Below, piece after piece: positions 1-8,303 of a stretch of 64,000 nucleotides of DNA. The notes under the pieces are model-generated. The model was given only the letters and a program-made list of their open reading frames with translations, did not search any database and had not been told where the DNA came from. The position numbers and the translations under genes were made by a program. This stretch comes from Candidatus Multivorans sp. (GTDB lineage Bacteria; Acidobacteriota; Thermoanaerobaculia; Multivoradales; Multivoraceae), in NCBI GenBank assembly GCA_965220845.1, contig CBDCRA010000005.1:896016-960015 (forward strand), written 5' to 3'. Each line of letters opens with the position of its first letter. Within the stretch, counting starts at the first letter, position 1.

Positions 1-1281
1 GGTGCGGGTCGACTGCAGGAACTCGGCGACGCCGGTATCGGAGACGAAGGAGAGCCCGCCGGTCAGGCCGGCCAGACTGTTCAGTCCCGTCCGTACGTTC
101 GACAGCTCGACGATCGAGCCGCGGTCCTTGGCGCTCTCGCCGAGTTCGCTGATCGCCGGGTCGATGACCGGCGGCTTGAGCGGGTAGAAGGTGACCCGGT
201 GAGTGTTCGCGAGTGCCGCCAGTTGATCGAAGGCGTCCGCGCAGCTCAGCTCGGCGGCCAATGTCTGGAAGGCGAATGCGCCGCCGTCGTCGACCTGGAC
301 GATGTTCGTGGCCACGCCCATGCGGTCTGCCCGGTCAACGCCGAAGGGCCGGTGATTGCGATCGTTCAGGTCGAGCGAGCCGCGGGCGCTGATCATCTCG
401 TCGCCCTCGATCTGCCGGGAAGCGCCCGCGAGGCGGTCGTACATCGTCTTGGCCGCGCTGTCGAGGGGGTGGCGGGGCAGGCCGTCGCTCACGAACAGGA
501 TTGCCTTGCGGCCGGGAACGAAAGCCAGCGCCTCGACCAGCGAGCGCACCGCGCTGACGGTCAGCAGGGTGTCCTGCCGCAGGGCCTCGCCGAAGCTCCG
601 GAGGTTCGCTTCCACGCTGGCGAGGGAGGCCTCGCCGAGGCGGTAGCGGCTGCCCCTCGCCGCCATCAGGCGCAGCGTCTCCCTCATGGCCAGGGAGACG
701 GAGCGCTGCTGCGAGCGCAGGGTCGTCGTCGGGATGTCCCGTGCGATCGCCGCTTCGATCGTCGCTCGCACCGCCGCGCGGTCGCGGGTCGGCGACAGCA
801 GCGGTTCGAGACGCTCGCCGAACGCGGCGGCCGCCACCCAGGTCGGGTTGGCTGCAATCTCCTCGTCGAGGGCTGCAGCGATCTCGGCCAGGGCCGCGTC
901 GCGGTGCTTCCGCTGCAGGTGGCGCTCGTCGATGAAGAGGAGAATCGTCAGGCGTCCGGTGACGGTGGTGCGGAGGTCTTCTCCCGCGGCCACGCTCAGT
1001 ATCTCGACCGGTTCGTCCTGGACCTTGAGTTCGAAGTCGTCCTTGGTCAGGCCGGTCACCGGTCGGTCGGAGGAGTCGGTGACGACGGCGTCGAGACTGA
1101 TCAGCCGAACGTCTATCGACTCGCGGAGCACGATGTCCTCTCGAATCTGATCCAGCCGCGGCCGACCGTCCTGCGCGTTGGCCCCTGTCGGGCCCGCGAA
1201 GAGGGACGCGGCCGTGAGCGCCATGGCGGCGGTAGCGACCAGCAGCCTTGGCGGCCGGCGGTGGCGTGCGGAACCGGTCAA
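1..1281 (-). CDS. VWA (von Willebrand factor A) domain protein, Acidobacteria-type VWFA family; C-terminus lies beyond the window edge
   Basis: Not in the ORF track because it runs off the left edge. Manual minus-strand translation from TTG 1281 (or ATG 1224) gives an uninterrupted frame: signal-like N-terminus MTGSARHRRPPRLLVATAAMALTAASLFAGP, then DRPVTGLTKDDFELKVQDEPVEI ... KAILFVSDGLP ... typical of the VWFA-related Acidobacterial domain family. The track ORFs 199..1401(+) and 335..1288(-) over this region are low-complexity R/P/G-rich artefacts. Confidence 0.6.
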   Translation of the reverse strand, partial: MTGSARHRRPPRLLVATAAMALTAASLFAGPTGANAQDGRPRLDQIREDIVLRESIDVRLISLDAVVTDSSDRPVTGLTKDDFELKVQDEPVEILSVAAGEDLRTTVTGRLTILLFIDERHLQRKHRDAALAEIAAALDEEIAANPTWVAAAAFGERLEPLLSPTRDRAAVRATIEAAIARDIPTTTLRSQQRSVSLAMRETLRLMAARGSRYRLGEASLASVEANLRSFGEALRQDTLLTVSAVRSLVEALAFVPGRKAILFVSDGLPRHPLDSAAKTMYDRLAGASRQIEGDEMISARGSLDLNDRNHRPFGVDRADRMGVATNIVQVDDGGAFAFQTLAAELSCADAFDQLAALANTHRVTFYPLKPPVIDPAISELGESAKDRGSIVELSNVRTGLNSLAGLTGGLSFVSDTGVAEFLQSTRT

Positions 1282-1400
1282 CGGACACTCATGTTAGCGC
1301 CAGCCGGTTCGAGCCCGAGTCGCGGGGGAACCGGGCGAGCAGGCTGCTATCCTCACCGTTCGCGACCAGAGCAGGCCCTCATCGGAGGAGGCAGATTGTG

Positions 1401-2222
1401 ATGAAGCGGAGTCTCACGGAACGGGCGGTGTTGACGCTGCTTGCGGCGTTGGTGTTCGCGGCGGTGCCCGCGGCGGCGCAGGACAGCGACTACAGGGCGC
1501 CGCGCACCCACGACGACAGGCCGGATCTCAACGGGATCTGGCAGGCGCTGGGCGCGGCCCACTGGGACATCGAACCGCACGCCGCGCGCCACGGCCCGGT
1601 GGTCGAGATGGCCGCCCTGGGCGCGATACCCGGCGGTCTCGGCATCGTCGAAGGGGGCAGGATCCCGTACCTGCCGGAGGCGCTGGAGAAGCGCGATCAG
1701 AACCGCGAGAACTGGCTGGCGCTCGATCCGGCGGTGAAGTGCTACATGCCGGGCATCCCGCGCGCCAACTACATGCCGTTCCCGTTCCAGATCGTCCAGA
1801 CGCCCGATCACGTGCTGATCGCCTACGAGTTCGCCAGCGCCAGCCGCGTGGTCTACATGAACCGGGAGGGCTTCGAGGCTCCGTTCGATACCTGGATGGG
1901 ACACTCGATCGGTCGCTGGGAAGGGGAGACACTGGTGGTCGACGTGACGAGTCAGGTGCCGGACACCTGGCTCGACTCGAGCGGCAACCACCACACGGAC
2001 GCGATCCACGTCGAGGAGCGCTGGACCGCGATGAGCCCGTATCACCTCCAGTACGAGGCGACGATCACCGACGAGAACGTCTACAGCCAGCCCTGGACGA
2101 TCAGCCTGCCGCTCTACCGCAGGGTCGATCCGAACATGCAGTTGCTCGAGTTCAAGTGCGTCGAGTTCGCCGAGGAGCTGATGTACGGCCACCTGCGCAA
2201 GGGCGCCGACTCGGGTCCCTGA
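1401..2222 (+). CDS. secreted hypothetical protein, paralog 1 of a three-member family in this window
   Basis: RBS GGAGG 12 nt upstream of ATG 1401 (GTG 1398 also possible). Sec signal peptide MKRSLTERAVLTLLAALVFAAVPAAAQ. Shares the RPDL.G, V.C/GxxC, LVQT.DH, SIGRWEG(D/E)TLVV.T and C-terminal Cys motifs with the ORFs at 2698..3798 and 35954..37024. Confidence 0.75.
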   Translation: MKRSLTERAVLTLLAALVFAAVPAAAQDSDYRAPRTHDDRPDLNGIWQALGAAHWDIEPHAARHGPVVEMAALGAIPGGLGIVEGGRIPYLPEALEKRDQNRENWLALDPAVKCYMPGIPRANYMPFPFQIVQTPDHVLIAYEFASASRVVYMNREGFEAPFDTWMGHSIGRWEGETLVVDVTSQVPDTWLDSSGNHHTDAIHVEERWTAMSPYHLQYEATITDENVYSQPWTISLPLYRRVDPNMQLLEFKCVEFAEELMYGHLRKGADSGP

Positions 2223-2251
2223 CGGACACCGCCAAGGAGAGGAGAACAGCG

Positions 2252-2677
2252 ATGAAGTTCCAGCGAATCGTCCTATTGGCAGCAGGCCTCGCCCTGGTGC
2301 TCGCCATTCCGCTCGCCGCTCATCACGCCTTTTCGGCCGAGTTCGACGCCGACAGGCCGCTCCAGCTTCGCGGCAAGGTGACGAAGATGGAGTGGATCAA
2401 TCCCCACGCCTGGATTCACCTGGAGGTGATGAACGACGATGGTTCGTCGACCGTCTGGATGGTTGAGGGCGGTACGCCGAACACGCTGGCCCGGCGCGGT
2501 TTCACGAAGAGGTCGCTCCTGCCGGGGACCGAGATCGTGGTCGACGGCTACCAGGCGAAGGACGGCTCGAACAAGGCGAACGGCCGCGATCTGACCTTCC
2601 CGGACGGCCGCAAGCTGTTCATGGGTTCATCCGGCACGGGCGCGCCGCGCGACGGCCGGGATCCGACCGAGCAGTAG
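2252..2677 (+). CDS. small secreted protein with an HH motif directly after the signal peptide (DUF6152-like, tentative)
   Basis: RBS AAGGAGAGGAGA upstream of ATG 2252. Signal peptide MKFQRIVLLAAGLALVLAIPLAA followed immediately by HHAFSAEFD ... WINPHAWIHLEV ... GYQAKDGS. Lies 30 nt downstream of paralog 1, so an operon is likely. Confidence 0.7.
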   Translation: MKFQRIVLLAAGLALVLAIPLAAHHAFSAEFDADRPLQLRGKVTKMEWINPHAWIHLEVMNDDGSSTVWMVEGGTPNTLARRGFTKRSLLPGTEIVVDGYQAKDGSNKANGRDLTFPDGRKLFMGSSGTGAPRDGRDPTEQ

Positions 2678-2697
2678 CGGACGCAGCGGCTCGGGAG

Positions 2698-3798
2698 CTA
2701 CTGGCCGCCGCTGGCCGCGCCGCGCGTCTCGTCCTCGAGCAGTCGCGCGCCCCTGAGGATGTTGCCCATGGCGTAGTTCCCCTCGTGGCAGGCGTACTCG
2801 TAGACCCTGGCCGGCGTGCCGGGCCACAGGTACTCGCCGCTCCAGGGCGCGCTCCACACGGTCGGGTCCTCGACCGTGAACGCGTAGAGCAAGTCGTCCG
2901 CGTTGACCCGTGTGAAGCGCTCGGTCACCTTGAGGTTCCGTGAGGCCAGGAAGAGCGCCGGGCGGTCGATGAAGTTCGTCGTCTCGACCACGAGTGTGTC
3001 GCCCTCCCACCAGCCGATCGAGTCGCCGAGCCAGCGGCGCTCGTCTGCTGGAATGTGCTCGCCGCCGATGCGGACGATGCGTGCGTCGTGCACCATCTCG
3101 ACCAGGATCATCAGGTGGTCCTCGGTCTGCACGAGCCGCTTTGCGTTGTTGTAGAGCACAGGCAGCATCGGCGGTCCGCCGGTGGAGCCGAAGCCGATCA
3201 GGCAACGTTCAGGCACGCCCAGGTTTTCGGGGCCATCGTACGGACCGGGGCCCTCGACCTCGAGCCACCAGGCCGTGCCGTCGTTGCCGCGCCGGCGACC
3301 GCGCCGCTCGGACATTCGCTGCAGCGTCTCGGCGGTCAGTTGCGGCATCCGGCCGTTCGGCGGATCGACGATGATCGAGGTCCGGAACCTGCCGTCGATC
3401 GAAAACACATCGCTGCCGCGATCGGTCCAGAAGTTGTTGTAGCCGCCGACGTTGCCGGCGCCGCTCGTTTCCCGGAACTCGTCACCCAGGCCGATGGGCG
3501 GCGCGCCGCCGGGCGGGGGCGGCTCGTCGATCCGGCGAACGGCGGCCCGGGACGCTACGCGCTGGCGCTCCCGTTCGACGATCTCTTCCGCCTGCTCGCG
3601 CGTCAGGTACAGGTTGTCGCCGAACTCCTGCGGGCGCTGCAGCGGGGTCAGCGTGGAGATGTCGTAGTCACCGGTCAGGTCGGGACGGCCGGAGGCCGTG
3701 CGCGGGATCGCGTCGTCGTCGGCGGCAGGCGCGGCTGGTACCGCGAGGAAGACAATGGCGGCGGCAGCGGCGACACCGACGTCAACTCTGCTCTGCAT
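2698..3798 (-). CDS. secreted hypothetical protein, paralog 2 of the three-member family
   Basis: RBS GAGGAG 7 nt upstream of ATG 3798. Signal peptide MQSRVDVGVAAAAAIVFLAVPAAPAADD. About 50 % identical to the 35954..37024 product (GRPDLTG.YDI.(S/T)LTP, FRTSI..PPNGRMP, NNxK(R/T)LVQT(E/D)D.LMI, GDSIG(W/R)WEGDTLVVETTNF, YEYACHEGNY). Confidence 0.8.
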   Translation of the reverse strand: MQSRVDVGVAAAAAIVFLAVPAAPAADDDAIPRTASGRPDLTGDYDISTLTPLQRPQEFGDNLYLTREQAEEIVERERQRVASRAAVRRIDEPPPPGGAPPIGLGDEFRETSGAGNVGGYNNFWTDRGSDVFSIDGRFRTSIIVDPPNGRMPQLTAETLQRMSERRGRRRGNDGTAWWLEVEGPGPYDGPENLGVPERCLIGFGSTGGPPMLPVLYNNAKRLVQTEDHLMILVEMVHDARIVRIGGEHIPADERRWLGDSIGWWEGDTLVVETTNFIDRPALFLASRNLKVTERFTRVNADDLLYAFTVEDPTVWSAPWSGEYLWPGTPARVYEYACHEGNYAMGNILRGARLLEDETRGAASGGQ

Positions 3799-3986
3799 GG
3801 CGGCTCTCCTCATCGATTGCTGGGAGTGCGACCGTTATACCAGCATGCCGCGGCTGAGGCAGGCGGAGAGAGTTGGCGCCGGGCCTTGTTGGTCGCCATG
3901 CACAGTGGGCACGAAACGCCCCGCCTATTCGCCGAGCGCCGGGAGCGACCCGGCGCCTGGTGTCGACTGTTGTATTCGGCAGGAGA

Positions 3987-4059
3987 CCCGGCTCGCAGGC
4001 CCACGGCGCGACGACAACCAACGGCGAGAAGCTACCGCGCGGTCGATTGTCCGTCAAAC
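3987..4059 (-). repeat. conserved ~75-nt intergenic element, copy 1 (second copy at 8229..8303)
   Basis: Blocks CCGGCTCGCAGGCCCAC ... GACAACCAACGG ... CTA.CGCGC ... GTCCGTCAAAC are shared with 8229..8303 in the same order and spacing. Lies in the gap between the Yip1-like gene stop (4110) and the paralog-2 start (3798). Confidence 0.5.
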
Positions 4060-4109
4060 GACTCGGCCAGGTGGCGGAGTGGGACCGGGCCGGACGCCGA
4101 CCCGTCCGG

Positions 4110-4808
4110 TCAGCGTAGGGACGCCGTCACCACCGCGAAGACCAGGCCCGCCAGACCCATCTCCAGCACCTTCCCTGCCGCCCAGTGGATCGCGGCAATG
4201 GCGAACCCGGCTGGTCGGGACACCCGGAACACCGAGGCGGCGCCCAGGCCGAGCAGGAGCAAGGACCAGACGAAGACGAGGGAGCCGATCAGCAGGTCGA
4301 GAATCGCGCCGGGCGCCATTTCGGCTACCTGCCCGATCACGTCGAGGCCGGAGTCCGGTCTCCTGTCGAGGACGCTCCGCTGCATCTCGACGAGGCCGTC
4401 GACCTGGGTGGTTCTCAGCAGCGAGCGGACGACCAGCCCCACGGCGCCGATGAGTCCTACATGGAGGGCCAGCGACAGGCACTGTTCGAACCGCGCCCGA
4501 CCCTTGAGGGCCGCGGCCAGGAGCCGGAGCACTGCCGCCTCGACCAGGAGCGCGAGCGGGATGGCTGCGATGACGAACGACAGCATCCCATAGGGAATCT
4601 CGAGGGGATCACCGATGCTGTCCATCGCATCGGCCAACAGCGACGTCGTCAACAGTACGGCCAGGACTGTCAGGGAGATGCCCAGAGTCAGGCCGGCAAC
4701 CCACGGGTGGTGCTCGCGGATGACGGCGAAGCTCTTCCGCGGAGCGGTGAAGATCCAGATCAGGGCCTTGAACCAGAGGTGGCGGCTCGCCTCCGGTTCT
4801 TCGCCCAT
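4110..4808 (-). CDS. Yip1-like (Yip1/DUF1282 family) polytopic membrane protein
   Basis: 232-aa ORF with 5-6 predicted TM helices. Hydrophobic profile and motifs resemble the Yip1 domain. Last gene of the putative peptide-export operon. Confidence 0.5.
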   Translation of the reverse strand: MGEEPEASRHLWFKALIWIFTAPRKSFAVIREHHPWVAGLTLGISLTVLAVLLTTSLLADAMDSIGDPLEIPYGMLSFVIAAIPLALLVEAAVLRLLAAALKGRARFEQCLSLALHVGLIGAVGLVVRSLLRTTQVDGLVEMQRSVLDRRPDSGLDVIGQVAEMAPGAILDLLIGSLVFVWSLLLLGLGAASVFRVSRPAGFAIAAIHWAAGKVLEMGLAGLVFAVVTASLR

Positions 4809-4853
4809 GAGGGGACTGTATCGACTCGTGATCGAACCGGAGACTCGGCCCGG

Positions 4854-5633
4854 TCAGCTCGGTGTGAGCCGGGCGAAGAGACCGGCCGCCACGGCGGTGA
4901 AGGCCGTCGTCGCTGCCCAGTAGATGGCGGCCAGCAGCCATGCCTTGCGCTGCGGAACCTCGAACACCGCGGCGGCGCCCAGCGCGAGCAGCGCGAGAAA
5001 CCAGATCGTGAACGGGTTGATGCTCGCGTAGACGGCATTGAGCGTCGCGTTGTCGCCGGCCAGCAGCAGGTCGAGTCCCATCGGCGCCCGGAGGTCCAGT
5101 TGCGATCGGATCGCGTCGGTGCCGCGGAGGTGAACGAGAAGGAAGTTGGCCCAGCTCTGAAGATGAGTGATTACGGCCAGGTGGATCATGAGGGCGAGGG
5201 ACTGGACGAATCGGGGACGTCCCTGGAGGGCGATCGCCAGGAGCCACACGAGGACGGTCTGAATCGCGAGTCCGACGGCCACGGAGAGGGGACCGGTGGC
5301 CATCGCCAGCCAACGCCCTGCCGCGGCTGCCTGTTCGAACTGCGCCATCATGGCGTCGACCTGTTCGGGGCTGCCCGGCATCCGTTCCGTCAGTTGGGCC
5401 CGCATGGCCTGGAGGCCCAGCGGCGCCGAGGCAAACGCCAGGGCGGCGTTCCCGGCCAGGACCAGGAGCAGCGTTGCGAGCCATGGGTTGCGGTTCCGGA
5501 TGATCTCGAAGCTCTGCCGCGGCGACCCGAAGAGCCCGAGCAGCGCCGTGAGCCAGGCGCTCCGGCCCCGCGAGCGTCCGCCTCCGGTCCCGGCGTTGCG
5601 TTCGTGGTTGGTGCTGCCTGGATGCTCGGTCAT
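4854..5633 (-). CDS. Yip1-like polytopic membrane protein (second copy)
   Basis: Start ATG 5633 (MTEHPGS...) with AGGAG 6 nt upstream. The start overlaps the stop of the upstream ABC ATPase gene (ATGA coupling). The long N-terminal extension in the track ORF is R-rich and probably not translated. Confidence 0.55.
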   Translation of the reverse strand: MTEHPGSTNHERNAGTGGGRSRGRSAWLTALLGLFGSPRQSFEIIRNRNPWLATLLLVLAGNAALAFASAPLGLQAMRAQLTERMPGSPEQVDAMMAQFEQAAAAGRWLAMATGPLSVAVGLAIQTVLVWLLAIALQGRPRFVQSLALMIHLAVITHLQSWANFLLVHLRGTDAIRSQLDLRAPMGLDLLLAGDNATLNAVYASINPFTIWFLALLALGAAAVFEVPQRKAWLLAAIYWAATTAFTAVAAGLFARLTPS

Positions 5634-6418
5634 GTCGTGCTCCTGTTGCCGATCCAGGAGAGGCGGGAGAACCTCTCGCGCCTGGAGATGCTGAGAATGA
5701 GGTTCTCGAGCCGCCCGGCGCCGTCTTCCCCTTCGGCGGCGGGCAATTCGCGGAACTCCTCCCGGGAGCACGACAGGAGGACCTTGCCGTCCCTGATGAC
5801 GGCGATGTGGGTCGATACGCGCTCGACGTAGTCGAGCATGTGGGATGTGAGGAAGATGGCTGCTCCCTGCTCGGCCATCTGCTGCAGGATCGACATGACG
5901 GTGCGGGCGCTCAGGGCGTCCATCCCCTCGAACGGCTCGTCGAGGAACAGGATTCGCGGTGCGTGAAGGGTCGCCGCGGCGAGGCGGATCTTCTTCCTCA
6001 TGCCGTGGGAGTAGGTCGTGATCGGCCGCTTGGCGGCGTCCTCGAGGTCGAAGACTGCGAGCGCCTCGTCGGTCCGCTGCCCGGCGTCCTCGCGGCCCAG
6101 GCCGTAGATGCGGGCATACGACAGCAGCAGTTCCTCGCCGGTCAGGCTCTCGAACATCACGCTGTGGTCGGGCACGATGCCGAGTTCCTGCTTGAGCTCG
6201 GTGTCGTCGATGTCCATCGGCTTGCCGAGCAGCCGCACCGTGCCCTTCGTCGGTTGCAAGACTCCGGTCAACATCGACCAGGTCGTCGTCTTGCCGGCCC
6301 CGTTGGGGCCGACGAAACCCAGAATCTGCCCCTCCCGGACGTCCAGATCGACGCCGTCGACGACGACGTTTCCTCCGTACGACCGGGTCAGGTTCTCTGC
6401 CTTGATTGCTTCTTCCAT
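5630..6418 (-). CDS. ABC transporter ATP-binding protein, ABC-2 (DrrA/CcmA-like) type
   Basis: Walker A GPNGAGKTT, signature YSHGMRKKIRLA, Walker B ILFLDEP. RBS AAGGA upstream of ATG 6418 (MEEAIKAENLTRSYGG...). Confidence 0.9.
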   Translation of the reverse strand: MEEAIKAENLTRSYGGNVVVDGVDLDVREGQILGFVGPNGAGKTTTWSMLTGVLQPTKGTVRLLGKPMDIDDTELKQELGIVPDHSVMFESLTGEELLLSYARIYGLGREDAGQRTDEALAVFDLEDAAKRPITTYSHGMRKKIRLAAATLHAPRILFLDEPFEGMDALSARTVMSILQQMAEQGAAIFLTSHMLDYVERVSTHIAVIRDGKVLLSCSREEFRELPAAEGEDGAGRLENLILSISRRERFSRLSWIGNRSTT

Positions 6419-6470
6419 CCGTGAGGTGTTCCTTGTGGTTGTAGGGGCAGAGGGGGTTGTGGGGCAGGGG

Positions 6471-8060
6471 TTAGTGGGAAGGGTCTCCGAGGAGGAGTTC
6501 ATGTGCCCGGGACTCGATCTCGCGTCGCTGCCGGATCGTGGAGGCGTGGCGGGCCAGGACCGTGCCGACGAGAGCGCCGCTTGTGAGAAAGCCGATCAGA
6601 AAGCCGTTCCCGGGTCGTTCCAGGAGCCTCGAGACAACGATCGTCAAGAAGAAGAGCGCCATAGCGGAAAGACCTGCCACGGAACTGGCCGCCAGGTTTT
6701 CCAGTTCAAACTCCGTGGCGCCGGCGGTCTTGCGCTTGGGCCAGTACAACCGGATCAGGCTGAACGCGGCATCTGCGAGCAGCACTGTGGCTGTCACCAG
6801 CACGGCGGCGGTCGCGGCGGGCCGCCACCCCGCCACGCCAAAGATGACGATGCCGCCGCTCGTCCCAAGAGTTGCAACCGGAACGGTCAGGAGGGCCGGC
6901 ACCCTGGTGGGCGTCCGGAAGATCCGGAACGAGCCCAGCGGCAGGGAAAGAGACTCACGCCAGACTTGGCAGCTCGGTGGCGGCTTCTCGGTCAGCACGC
7001 CGTTCACCATCAGGACGGTCAGAAGGGCGGCCGCCATCAGACCGAACAGGAGATCGATGGAGACCCACGTTGCGTAACCGAGGGCCATCGCGTAGGCCCA
7101 ACGAACGCCCTTTGCCCGGAGGCAGCATTCCACCTCGACGAGCGCCAGACAGGTGGCGGGAGACAAGTTGCCGCATCGACGCAGCAGTCCGGCCAGGGGC
7201 GTCACCGGCGAAGCCGTCCGGCGGTCGCCTCCCGGCTGCAACAGATAGCGCCGGAGCAGGAGTCCGTACTCGACGCCGGCGGTCGCCGCCAGAAGAACCA
7301 GCAGGATACCGAGCCGAAGGAGGTTCGGAAGGTGTTGTCCGGGCGAGTCGAGAATGGCCGCGAGAAGACCTGGAGGCGTGTAGCCGAGTGCGACGAGAAT
7401 CTTCGCCTTACGGACCGTGGCTTCAAGCGCCTCGAGGCTGGCCTCGCCGCCCAGGACGTTGATGACGATGCCGGCGGCCTGAATCAATGCTACGACGACG
7501 AGAAACACGCCCAGGACCCCGATCAGGCTCTCGACGAACCGGTCGATGGCCAGCGTGACGATCGCTGCCATCCGCCCGAGCAGTAGCACCGTGACTCCCA
7601 GAGCGCCGCTTATCAACAGGAAGTCGACCGGCCCTTCGGTCCGTGTCGCGAGCAGGAAGAGGGCCGCGGGTCCGAGCACCAGTAGCCAGTAGCCGACCAG
7701 GCTGAAAGCCAGGCGGAGCAGATAGAGATCCCGATAAGCGACGGGGAGCGGCAGGAACGGCTCGAGGTCCAGGAGCCAGTTCATCGGTAAGCGGAGGACC
7801 ACCTGGGCCAGGAGCCACAGCGCGGCGGCGGCGGAGATGCCGAGGTTCAGCAGGTTCCGGCGCAGCGCTTCGTCGTCGATACCGAAGAGCAGGGACAGCA
7901 GTGGCAGGCTCCCGGCAGTCGCCACGGCCAGGTAGAGCAGGGCGAGTCCGATCGCCACGGCCGGTGGCTGATCGGCTCGCCGCAATGCATCCGGAAGCGC
8001 GAGCCGGCCTAGCGTCAGCAGCCGGTCGGCCCGGCTTCCGTGCGCAGTCAACCTGGCCAT
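6471..8060 (-). CDS. large polytopic membrane protein, putative ABC-2-type permease (paralog B)
   Basis: 529 aa with more than 10 predicted TM helices. Shares LRR.LL, LY.LRLA..L.G.WLL.LG.AA, R.VE.LIG, FTP.GLLAA.LD.P and LS.LLRR motifs with the 8298..9956 product. Confidence 0.7.
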   Translation of the reverse strand: MARLTAHGSRADRLLTLGRLALPDALRRADQPPAVAIGLALLYLAVATAGSLPLLSLLFGIDDEALRRNLLNLGISAAAALWLLAQVVLRLPMNWLLDLEPFLPLPVAYRDLYLLRLAFSLVGYWLLVLGPAALFLLATRTEGPVDFLLISGALGVTVLLLGRMAAIVTLAIDRFVESLIGVLGVFLVVVALIQAAGIVINVLGGEASLEALEATVRKAKILVALGYTPPGLLAAILDSPGQHLPNLLRLGILLVLLAATAGVEYGLLLRRYLLQPGGDRRTASPVTPLAGLLRRCGNLSPATCLALVEVECCLRAKGVRWAYAMALGYATWVSIDLLFGLMAAALLTVLMVNGVLTEKPPPSCQVWRESLSLPLGSFRIFRTPTRVPALLTVPVATLGTSGGIVIFGVAGWRPAATAAVLVTATVLLADAAFSLIRLYWPKRKTAGATEFELENLAASSVAGLSAMALFFLTIVVSRLLERPGNGFLIGFLTSGALVGTVLARHASTIRQRREIESRAHELLLGDPSH

Positions 8061-8228
8061 GGAGTCCTTGGGGTCACTGTCCGGCTCTCGCGATGGGGAA
8101 GGCCGACACCAGGACTGGCGGCGGACCGCGCTGGCCGCCTTGCAGAGGAGCGACGAGACCCCCCACCGCTTCGCCTGACGAAGGGAGCGACCCTAGGCCC
8201 AGGGGCACTGGCCAAGCGTGGCAGGGGG

Positions 8229-8303
8229 TCCGGCTCGCAGGCCCACTGCGCCTCTGACAACCAACGGTCGGACGCTAGCGCGCCGGGATGGCGTCCGTCA
8301 AAC
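8229..8303 (-). repeat. conserved ~75-nt intergenic element, copy 2
   Basis: See 3987..4059. Overlaps the stop codon of permease paralog A and sits in the 237-nt gap before permease paralog B. Confidence 0.5.

Noticed and set aside
199-1401. 400-aa + strand ORF and overlapping 317-aa - strand ORF (335..1288)
   Set aside because: Both are R/P/G-rich low-complexity shadow frames of the real minus-strand VWA gene (1..1281). No RBS and no domain-like motifs.
3055-4593. 512-aa + strand ORF (and 3698..4453 + ORF)
   Set aside because: Antisense to paralog 2 and the Yip1-like gene. Composition R/P/A-rich with no motifs. Typical high-GC antisense ORF.
8100-8230. Possible sigma-54 promoter (GGCAC...) upstream of the conserved element copy 2
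   Set aside because: Lacks the TTGC(A/T) -12 element at the correct spacing. Not supportable from sequence alone.
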